Notes under the pieces: generated by a model
The model's input: only the letters and a program-made list of their open reading frames with translations
What the model was told of the DNA's origin: nothing
Database searches by the model: none
NCBI GenBank assembly: GCA_951406725.2
Contig: OX597814.1
Span: 81,406,001 to 81,470,000 of the forward strand
Source: Octopus vulgaris
Taxonomy: Eukaryota
DNA length: 64,000 nucleotides
Direction: 5' to 3'
Program-made: the position numbers and the translations under genes
In this document: piece after piece, positions 13,407 to 24,674 of the stretch
Layout: each line of letters opens with the position of its first letter
How positions within the stretch are numbered: position 1 is the first letter of the stretch

Positions 13407-14069
13407 ACTTTGAAACTAAAACTGTCATCATTAGTTGCCGGTCCCACTTGACTAAAACCACTCCTTCCTGAAGCTAACATCTCATTTTCATTACTAAGCT
13501 CATACTCGAATTTCTTGTTAATGATACCTAGTCAATAGAGCTTTTTCCTTCTATATTGGTTTGTCAACTATCTCAAGTGTTGTCTCAAGCTTAATATACA
13601 TTACAATCAATGTAATTCTAATGTTGTTGTTTGAGCACAGATGAACAAATATTTTTGAATTACGAAAATGTGATCATTTATTACATAATTACAGAAACAT
13701 TTCGAAAGTAAAATCATGAATATCTTTAAGCAAAACACAATTGATTATTTGCAAAATTAATATATAATATATATTCCTGATTTCTTTCTCCATTTCTAAT
13801 TCTTACAACTTTCTCCGAATATTATCTGCCTCTCTCGATTTGATTTCGGTTAATAAATAGTATAATTTTCGAAGAGTAGGAACAGTTTACGAAGACATCT
13901 TGGTACACAGATCTTTCTGAAAACGTATGCCATTATACACACACACAAAAAAAAGGAAACTTATGGCGAAAAAAGTTAGCAATCGCAACAATGCTTTTTG
14001 TCAAATCTGTCCCTAATATAGCTTCCGTTTTGGTTCTTAACTGAATCCCCTCTCCTGTCTATTCGTCTG

Positions 14070-14397
14070 CATGTATGTACGTACGTACATTCGTACGTAC
14101 GTACGTACGTACATACATTCGTACGTACATACATACATTCGTACATACATACATACATACATACATACATACATACATACATACATACATACATACATAC
14201 ATACATACATACATACATACATACATACATACATACATACATACATACATACATACATACATACATACATACATACATACATACATACATACATACATAC
14301 ATACATACATACATACATACATACATACATACATACATACATACATACATACATACATACATACATACATACATACATACATACATACATACATACA
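14070..14397. repeat. (CATA)n microsatellite, ~330 bp, with a (CGTA)n variant at the left edge
   Basis: Read directly; it explains the MYVC/TYIH ORFs. Confidence 0.95.
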
Positions 14398-15304
14398 TGC
14401 ATTTCTCAACACAATTTCATACCGTTGAACAGAAACCTTACGACGAAGTAAGGAATCACTACTATATTTTTTGTCAAATCTATCTCTCACTCTCTCCTAC
14501 TCTCTGTATGTATGTGTGTGTGTATAAGTACACGGACTCACATACCTCAACACAATCTTTTATGAAATTAGGCTACCACTTCTAAAAATTACATACGGGG
14601 AAAAAATAATGAACTTCCGTTCTTTAAATTTCTCTTGAGAAAACTTACAAATAAATATTAGCTTTTCTGTTAAATTTTTAATAAGTTACTTTCTTCACAA
14701 TAAGAGAGACCATGAATCCACTTCTTATACATTTCTCTCTCTCTTTCTCTATCTCGCACTCCTCTATGTATGTATGTATGTATGTATGTATGTAGGAAAA
14801 TAATAAACCTGATTTTTAAATTCCTCTCAAGAAAATTTACGAATAAATATTCGTTTTCCTAGTTAAATTTTACTGTCTTTACAATACTCACTAGTAGAGT
14901 TGAGGGTCCATCATATGTAAAGATAATTATGTGAAGTCAATTTATTATGACGAAAGGATTTCACGCGTATCCCAGTTACGAAAATGTAAAATTTCATTAT
15001 TCTATACACAGACATTGTCAATATTTCCTGTTAGTGATTTGTTGCTTATAATGTTTCGATGTTGGTAAACGACAGCATTCATCCACACAACTTTTCCCTC
15101 ATGACATAGACAAAGAGGCTAGGCTGAAAAAGAGGCTGAATGATGTCGTCTCCGCGTACCGACATTTTGTATACCAATACCGGAGGATCGCCTAATGCTG
15201 AATATACAAATAAAAACCATATAAAAATAAATATGTATTTTGATCTATTAAATGTTTCTTTTATGTCAATACTGTTTTAACTTCTACATATTTTTTTTAG
15301 TTGA

Positions 15305-15342
<38 letters not shown>

Positions 15343-16902
15343 CAATCAAAATATTGTTTATTTTGGGAACAAAACAACGTGTCATGCTCTTCTCTTTACC
15401 CTCTCTGTCATCTTCCCCTTGCATCTTTTCTGTCTCTTGATACAGTTCTTGTAATTGTGCAATATAGTCATTGTCCCTCGTACCACACCAAACTTCATTT
15501 CGTTAATAAAATAATTTAAGAAACACTCGTTTTACATTAAACTCCATATCCAAGATATAAGAAGACCATTTTACAAAAAAAAGTTTAAAAGAGGTCATTC
15601 ATAGATATGTAGTTGGGAAAGAATTTCCTTTGTCTCGGTATACCGTTATACACATTCGACGAATACGGATCAAATAATAATAAATTCAACGTTCATTTGC
15701 TGAAGTTAATCTTGTATATATGTTACTTAGCATGTGCGCGTCCTTGTGAGTTTGCTATGATGGATGTTCGTGTATGAAAGTATTTGTGTGCCTCTCACTC
15801 TCACTAGCTCACTTCATTTTCTCTTACAACATCACTCCATCTCTATCTGTAATTACTACTACACAATAATGAGAACACAAACATAAACTATACAAGGAAA
15901 ATCTACGACATCTATACTTCGCATGTTTTACGATTTTATCACCTGCCCATCGAGGCAAGGTATCTTACAATGTAACGGTAAAATAAATATTTTCCTTAAA
16001 ATTTCATGCCTTGTTCATCCTTCACATCTTACAACATGCCATTGTTATTAAATTTTAACCGTACAAATTCATAAACTTCTACCGTTACAGATTGGTGACC
16101 CTACCGTTACAGACAGGCTAGTTTGCTATATGTGGTAGCTTAACTCTGCCGTTCCGCAACAGTACGTGTTATAGTTATTGCTTCAATACTAAATGATGTT
16201 CCGCGGTTATTTACTGCTTCTCTTCGTACTCTTTCACGTTTGCATACCTGTCTGAATATCTTTATGTATCCCATGCATTCATATTTTCTCTCCAGTTATG
16301 AAATTTGCTTCATTTCTGTTCTAGGCATTTTTGTCTATTCTCTTCGGAAACTTTTTCTTTTCTATCGCCAGTGAGAATAAAAGACACTGTTGCTTATGCT
16401 ATTCTTTCCTAGCATAATCGTTCATATATTTTTTACCTTCGTTCATCATTAACAGCAGTACACATGGAAATCCCACGACATTTGCTTTATAAATTATTTC
16501 TTGTTTATATTTTTGCTAAGCATTGCAATATATTTTAAAAGCATGTATTCATGTAATTCTGTGTAGTTGTGTATTTTTGTAGTGAGCGTCCATTTACGTA
16601 AGTTTGTGAGTGTATTTATATAAAAGTATGAATGTCTGTGCGCGAGTGTTTCTGTGTAGGAGCGTGCACTTGTGTTTTTGTACGATGTAAATCTGTGAAT
16701 TTGTGTGTGCCTGTATGTATGTTATTTTACGTGTAAAACATATTTACGCTTGGAAATATCAAACTCATTTACTTGGGAAAGAGACAGCCATTTTAGCACC
16801 AGAATAAGAACATATTTTCATTACTCCAATACAAAATGGTTCCTCATGATTAGTTGTTGCTATTCTACGTTCTCTTGGGCGGTTATGTATCTCTTCTAAA
16901 TA

Positions 16903-17119
16903 TTGGTTTCAAATTTTGCCACGAGGCCAACAAGTTCGGGTGAGTGGTAAAATCGATTACATCGACCCCAGTGATCAACTGGTACTTATATTAACGACTC
17001 CGAAAGGATTAAAAGGCAAAGTCGATTTCAGCAGAATTTGAACTTAGAACATAAAGACAGACGAAATGCCGCTAAGCATTTTGCCCGTCGTGTAAATAAT
17101 TCTTCCAGCTCGCCGCCTT
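16903..17119 (-). mobile_element. SINE family B
   Basis: catcgaccccagt..ggtactta..gaaagga..aaaggcaaagtcga..ccagctcgccgcctt. A partial inverted head follows at 17231-17305. Confidence 0.8.
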
Positions 17120-18192
17120 TGTCCCTTCTTGTCTATCTTGTCTATCTTCATTCATATTTACTTGAAATCTGTTCCAAATTTGTTGTAGGTATTTTAATCT
17201 GTTCAGTTCAGTATTATCTTCTCTTCTTCTAAGGCGGCGAGCTGGCAGAATCGTTAGCGCGCCGGACGAAATTCTTAGCGATATTTCACTTGCCGCTACG
17301 TTCTTCGGGAGTTTTTCAAGAGGATGTTCAAAGCGTTTTCCTTATTCCAACAAAAAATTAAGGAGTGCGCGAGCACCTCCTGCACCCCCAGTTCCCGAGC
17401 CTGTGGTTCTTGCATAATAAATTGACTTAGACCAGCAAATATCTTTACGTTTGATGAATCCCCATTTTGGCGGCAATTTAAGACTGATCACCAGAATAAG
17501 GACATGTCTTCATTGCGTCAATACTAAATGGTACCTCGTGAATATTTATTATTTTTGTGCTCGTGCATGGTTATGCGCTTGTTCTAATCATTGTTGTCTA
17601 TCCCCTTCATTCATATCTCCTATCCAGGATATGTCTTATATATATTTTACGAAGGATGATATTTATCGCCACTTAAATATAGATGTTCTATTAGAACAAA
17701 TTATACTGCGGTAGTTACCATGAGAGAAAGTCTCATATTGGCTTTTTGATAACTACTGCAGTGTAGTTTGTTTTAATAGAATATCCACGTTTAAGTGGAG
17801 ATAAATATTACTTCACGGTATTAACACTGTCTCTAGTACATATTTTACGAAGGAAGTTACGGACACTGTTCTTTAATAACATAGATCGTTGAGAAAACTA
17901 CTCATCTGAGTCATACCGTTATACATGTTGAACGGAGAAAGTTTGGAACGCGGTTATGAACAAATACAAATAAAATTTCCGTATTCACGATATTCTGTTT
18001 TAATGTGTGTGTAACCTTGTGTAGTAGAAGTGATTTACACTGTCATTGTTTGAGATGTTTTCATTTTGACTCATCTAGGCTTAAATACCCCAATATCGGC
18101 TCCACAAGGCCTTTTCGTTCTAGCGGTCACATGACCTCGTGATTAAACGAACCTGTTGTTTGTATTGGTCGGTCCAGCTGTCCAATCGAGTT

Positions 18193-18585
18193 GGCGCAAG
18201 AGTGGCTGTGTGGTAAGTAGCCACATGGAAACCACATGGTTCCGGGTTTAGTCCCACTGCATAGAACTTTGGACAAGCGTCTTCTACTATAGCCTCGGGC
18301 AGACAAAAGCCTTGTGAGTGGATTTGGTAGATGGAAACTGAAAGAAGCCCGTCGTATATATGTATATATATATATATGTGTGTATTTGTGTGTCTGTGTT
18401 TGTCCCCCAACATCGCTTGACAATCGATGCTGGTGTGTTTACGTCCCCCTAACTTAGCGGTTCGGCAAAAGAGACCGATAGAATAAGTACTAGGCTTACA
18501 AAAAATGTCCTGGGGTCGATTTGCTCGACTAAAGGCGGTGCTCCAGCATGGCCGCTGTCAAATGACTGAAACAAGTAAAAGAGTA
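18193..18585 (+). mobile_element. SINE family A, full length
   Basis: ggcgcaagagtggctgtgtggtaag..gactgaaacaagtaaaagagta; highly similar to 3370-3780. Confidence 0.85.
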
Positions 18586-18715
18586 TACCATTTTTACATT
18601 CCCCTTCATTTACCATTCGTTATACTTGTATGTGAGAGTATTTTTGTCCATGTTTGCTCATGTGCTTTTGTGTAATCCACCTCTCTCTTTCTCCCTTCAC
18701 AAGTGTGGATGTATG

Positions 18716-18755
<40 letters not shown>

Positions 18756-19387
18756 CGTGCGTGTGTGTGAGTGCGTGCGACCGCTTACCATAGTAGCCAA
18801 GGGTTGTTTCTTACTATTTGTGTGACTTTGAAGCATGGATATTAAGTTTTAGATGCTAATTGCTTGAAGTCCTACAAGAGGATACTAGATTGTAGTTGTT
18901 TCGAACACAGAAATGTTTTTGTCACCGGAACGAAAGTCGTTATTATCAGTTGTCGATCCTAGTTAGCACGGCCTCATTATTCCTCCCAGGATGTCAAACT
19001 TCATTTTGATGACAACACTAAGGTCTCTTGCAATGACATCTAGCCATGAAACCTTTTCTAACCAGATAGCTGACCTAGTACACCAAAAGATATGTAAAAG
19101 TGCTACATTATCTATAGCTGTGATGCACTGCTTTGCAAATTGTCCTCAACGAAAATTCCCACACCGCACCGAAATGTAAGAACAACATGTAAGAACAGCA
19201 TGAAGGTATGAGAGGTATATAAGATGTAGTAATATCTAATATTCTGTTGTGGCTAATTTAAATGAATAGCTAGATCCAGTAGACAACACTACTGTTTCCT
19301 AATAATGGGAATATGAATAAAAATGTCATGTGTTTTCGTTTTTTTTTAATTCATCTCCGTTTTGCAAGAATTTTGATTTTTAATTAT

Positions 19388-19577
19388 GGTACAAGGCTAG
19401 CAATTTTAGGGGAGATGGTAAGTTGATTAGATCAACCCCGGTACTCAACTGGTACTTATTTTATCGATCCCGAAAGGATGAAAGACATAGTCGACCTCGG
19501 TGAAATTTGAACTCAGAACGGACGAAATGCCGACAAGCATTTTGTCCGGCGTGCTAACAATTCTGTCAGATCGCCTT
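19388..19577 (-). mobile_element. SINE family B
   Basis: ggtacttattttatcgatcccgaaaggatgaaag..; ttttgcaagaat is duplicated on both sides (TSD-like). Confidence 0.75.
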
Positions 19578-19614
19578 ACCGTTTTGCAAGAATATTAGTT
19601 TTTGTTTATATGTT

Positions 19615-20010
19615 CTTTTACACGTTTCAGTCATTTGACTGCGGCCATGCTGGAGCAGCGCCTTTAGTTGAAGAAATCAACCATAGGACTTATTCATTGT
19701 AAGCCTAGTACTTATCCTATCGGTTTGTTTTGCCGAACCACTAAGTTTTGGGGACATAAACACACCAACATCGGTTGTCAAGTGATGGTAGGGGGACAAA
19801 CACAGACACAAAGGCACACACACATAAATATACATATATATACTTGACGGGCTTCTTTCAGTTTTCGTCAACCAAATCCACTCACGAGGCTTTGGTCGAC
19901 CCGAGGCTACAGTAGACGACACTTGCCCAAGGTGCTACACAATACAACTGAACCCGAACCATGTGGTTAGGAAGCAAGTTTTTTTTATCATACAGCCACG
20001 CCTTGCGCCT
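19615..20010 (-). mobile_element. SINE family A, full length
   Basis: gtttcagtcatttgactgcggccatgctggagc..cagccacgccttgcgcct. Confidence 0.85.
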
Positions 20011-20768
20011 ATTACTTATACCGAGTACAAAACAACGAGTCATGCACTTGTACAGTAAACTGTTTTTCAATAATTCCTTTTGAGGTGAAAGGGGCCGAAA
20101 CACCTACAGAGCTTCTTCACTGCTTGATGAGACATCGACTCTTGTATTCAGGGACGGAGTGCAGCAGCACTCTCAGCATGGAAGTGTTTACCCAAAACTT
20201 GCTAAACGCTTTAATGTATGCATGTATGTGTGCGTACTTGTGAGTTTGCTGTGGCGAATATTTACGTACGTACGTGTGTGTGTGTGTGTGTGTGTGTGAG
20301 TGAGAGAGAGAGAGAGAGAGACGTACTACAGCAACTAACTTGATTTACTATTTGAGTTATTTCACTAACCTTTACACATTTCACAAATACATATTTAATT
20401 TTAGATGTTAATTGCACAAAATCTTGACAGAATATTTCACCATCTGAAAAGATCAAACTCTAGTTATTTCAAACATTGGAAAATCGTCATCATCAGATGC
20501 CACCCCTGTTGACAGAGACCTCATATCTTTTTTGGAGCGTATTTCCGGCAATGATATCTCATCAGGAGAGTTTTTCCTATTGCTTGAAAGATGAGCAAAT
20601 AAGTTTGGGTTCTAAACCATTTATTACCTCATGATAGAAACATTTGAAAACCGATAAGCTGTAACATCTCTGTTTATGGAAAATATATTTGATTATTTAC
20701 ATTATGTGCGAATATTATATATAAAAAAAAAAAAATTAAAAATTAAAACTAACTCATTCGCGGACAAG

Positions 20769-21020
20769 TTAGTTTACCAAATCTGGTAGCTTTGCCGCTT
20801 TGACATCACCGTGATACTGTAGACTACCATAATAAGGATATATATTCATTTGTGCACTGCTAGATGGCACCTCGTGATCTGTTGCTGCTATTTTCCGTAG
20901 TCTTTCATGATTAAGCACCGATTGTAAATATCCTTGCTTATGCTCTTCATTCATCCTTCCTTCCCAACCCTAAAATCTGTTCCACATTCCTATGTATTCT
21001 TGTCTTTTCTCATCGGTAAT
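20769..21020 (-). pseudogene. Helitron-derived Cys-motif ORF remnant
   Basis: ORF 20769-20954 reads MNEEHKQGYLQ..HEVPSSSAQMNIYPYYGSLQYHGDVKAAKLPDLVN. Confidence 0.6.
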
Positions 21021-21689
21021 GTTACACACACACACACTTTTGAAATGTTTGTATGATGACATAATAAATAATCATATTTTCCTGACCTAAACATATTTAT
21101 TCATCTTTCTTATCTTCAAAGGTTGGATGCGAGCCCACTATCGCCAAATTTAATTTTCTATAATTCCGAAACACATGGAAATAGGAAAAAAATATGTGCG
21201 ATAACTGGACCTGAATATTTTCCTGGCGTGCACACAAACATATACGCACAAACACACAGACACACACTCATACAACATACAAAGCACACTCAACACAAAT
21301 ACTCACGTACACATATATTTACATATTCATACGTGAACGCTCACTGTAGCGAACAAATAAATACACAAACTTAACTAAATACATACACCTATTTTAAAAT
21401 GTTTTTCAGTGCTTAGTAACATATAAAGAAGAACTAATTCTTACACAAGAAGGATGAATATAAAAAAAAAACGCCAAGAAGCTCATGAATTTTTTTCCTT
21501 TATTCGGAACTTCGTATTTAAAATATATGGAGCGGAATATCCAGGAGGGAGTTTTTCCAACTATCTATATATCAAAAGCACTGCCTAATTTTCACCGAAA
21601 AATATGTGTAACATTATATCCTGGATACAGTGTTTTACCAAATATAAAATGAAATGTTTCAGAAATATTTTATTACCGGGATGGAATTT

Positions 21690-22290
21690 CATGTCAGTAG
21701 AGATAATGAACGTATTGGAATACTGCAAGAATTGAACTGAAAGAGGCAGAGAAAATACAGGTAAAGATTGTGAAATTGTGAAGAGAGCAAAGAAATAAGA
21801 GAGAGAGGGGGAAGAGAGAGAGAGAGAGAGAGAGAGAGCAATCCGGTAAGACGAAAAGCATTAACTAACGAAATAAGCACAAAAATTCATGCAAGAAAGG
21901 CCTCTAGAGGGTGTATGATGAATGAAGAAGCTAAAGATAATAGGGAAAAAGTTAATGATAGAAACGAATATTTAGCACAAGCAAGAATATGATAACAGGG
22001 TAGAAGAGGAAACTTTACCGAAGAGAATAAGCAAGCAAGCATACCTAGAACAAATGTGGAACAGATGTCAGCCTTGGAGAGGAAGTATGAAAGAAGACAG
22101 ACAAGGTTAACGGGCGCGTTACCATGCAAGATCAAGACAAATACTAACAAATAATGACGAGGTGTCCTTTGGTATTGGAATAATGAATAAGATGCCCTTA
22201 TAGCAGTGTTTTACGGTATCACGGTGAAGCCTTAAACTGCTATCAAAACGGCAAACATAATTTACCAGATTTGGCAAACTAACTTGTCTA
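21690..22290 (+). pseudogene. Helitron-derived coiled-coil/Cys-motif ORF remnant
   Basis: 22160-22280 translates, with one frameshift, as SFGIGIMNK/CPYSSVLRYHGEALNCYQNGKHNLPDLAN. Confidence 0.7.
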
Positions 22291-23159
22291 AACTGAATGT
22301 TGTACTTTTAGTAAGCAGCAATAATTAATGAAAGCACCGCGAATGAAATGACAGGATATTATTATCGACTTGGGAAATGTTTATGACTGACACTTTACTA
22401 CAAATGTGGGCCGTAGAATTGCTAAATGTTTTAAAAGATATTACTTTATGTGTTATGCAAATAGTCAAATGTTTTACTTAAAGAGAAAGGATGTTGAAGC
22501 ATGTCGCTTTTGAAATACTCTTATTGTGACGTAATAAAGGGTCAGATTTTCGTAATCCAAAAGTATTTGTTCATCTTTCTTATTTTCAAAGGTTGGAAGT
22601 GAGTCTACAGTCATTAATTTACATACCGACATTCTTTAATTCCGAAACATCTGGAAATCAAAAATTCGCAAATTGTGTGATAAACGGGCCAGGACATTTT
22701 CCTGATGTATACACGTGTACACAAACGTATACAAACATACGCACAAACACACCGACGTATACTCAGTCAGCGCATAATCAACTGCATACTCACATACCAA
22801 GCACTCATGAACACATATACGCACGCACGCACACACACACACACACACACATACACACGTATTAAAACATTCGCGTACATAAGTGAACGCTTACACAGAT
22901 TTGAATACGAACACGTACATAAAAATGTTTTACAATGCATAATAACAGGCGTGGCTGTGAAGTAAGAAACTTGTTTCTCAACCACATGGTTCCTGGTTCA
23001 GTCCCACTGTGTGGCACCTTGGTTATTACACAATCTGGGTAATTTTTGAATTGGTGATTGTAGATTCACTTCCAACCTGTCAAGATACGAAAGATGAACA
23101 TCTTTTTTTTTTTAAGATAAAACACATTTGACTGTTTACATTACATATACATACATAAC

Positions 23160-24100
23160 GGGAAGGTTTACGAAAATAAACAAAAGACGAAGGCAGGTGG
23201 AGTACAAACAAACAATTGTATTCGTATAGCGCTCAGGAATAGAAATAGAAAAAGTCTTTCACGTTTCGAGCCTACGCTCTTCGACAGAAAGATACACAGA
23301 AAAAAACAAGGCGAGAAACAAGGAGAGAAAAAAATGCGTGTAGGAGCTAACATACATATATGTACGTACCTACCTCTACATGTATATATACATGCATATA
23401 TGGGTACAGGACACCAAAAAAAACGTCCAACACAATGAGAAACGAAAGCATAAACACAAAACCAAGGAAATGGACATTTTTCTTAAACAACAAAAAAATA
23501 GAGTACAGGACATACAATACAAGGAAAATTCCCCTTCTTCAGTCGCCTTTGTTTCATCTACTCCACGTTTCGAAGGTCAAGGCGATACATGACTTTAATG
23601 AAACATTCCTTCCCGCGAAAAGCAAATTAAATAAAATTTGAGATTTTTTTGCGGAGGGGTAAAAATGGTAACACAAACAGGACAGTAACGACAGTACAAA
23701 ATATAAACAGTAAAAGACAGGACAAGGAGAATAACAGTAACACAGACAAGAAGGGCTGTTAACCCGAACGAGATAAAATATTACGAACGCTATTTTTGAG
23801 AACGGCGAAGGAGCAACAGAAAATGCCGTTTACACTTGAAGGTTAGAAAGACAGTAGCAGAGCTCTCGTCGCGGGTCAACGACGGGAGGGAGGAGGAGGA
23901 GCAAGAGAAAGGGAGAGAAAAAAGGGAATGGTTGTAGAGAAAACCAGAAAGAATGAAGAATGAGAGAGAGAGAGACAGTAATGTAGAAGAAAAGGAAACC
24001 CGAAAGAATGAAGGCTGAGAAAGGGAGTGGGAGAGAAAGGTTAAGAGTGCGCATCATTATTAATATTAAGAACAATCTTACTTAGAAATGGATGCGTGCG
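23160..24100 (-). mobile_element. Penelope-like terminal-repeat sequences (two adjacent repeat types) with hammerhead-like motifs
   Basis: Contains acgtttcgagcctacgctcttcgacag and cttcttcag..acgtttcgaagg, motifs typical of PLE pseudo-LTRs; no RT ORF is recognisable. Confidence 0.45.
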
Positions 24101-24138
24101 TTCCGTCATATAATAAATTAATAAATAAATAAAACATA

Positions 24139-24177
<39 letters not shown>

Positions 24178-24674
24178 TATTATATTATATTATATTATAT
24201 TATATTTCTCGTAAAAATTCTGCGACCTATATTTGTAGTAAGATGTGAGGCATAAATATTTTCTCATCCGATAATAATATCCTGTCATTTCATTCATTTA
24301 TTACTGCTTACCTAAAAGTACAGCATTGGGTTTAGACAAGCTATTTTAGTAAATCTAGTAACTTACCATTACCGTTTTGGCAGCAAGCGTAACGCTTCAC
24401 GTGATACTGCAGAACACCGTTATAAAGACAGGTATTTATTTATTGCTCCAATACTAAATGGCTCCTCGTGTTATTTTACTGCTATTTTTCGTGCTCTTGG
24501 ACAGTTATGCCCCGGTTTTGAATAACCGTTGGGATAAAATGATAATTAAAAAGCAATTGTTATTATATTTCTTAAAACACCTTATCCGTGATAAGGTGTG
24601 TGTATGTGTGTGTTGTTTTTGTTTTGTTTTTCATTTCATTTTTTGCAAGAATTAGTTTTTGTTTATGCTAATTA

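Noticed and set aside
13976-14490. Long ORFs of MYVC/TYIH repeats (also near 61.2, 7.1, 5.1 and 48.1-48.8 kb)
   Set aside because: They are translations of (CATA)n, (CA)n and minisatellite DNA.
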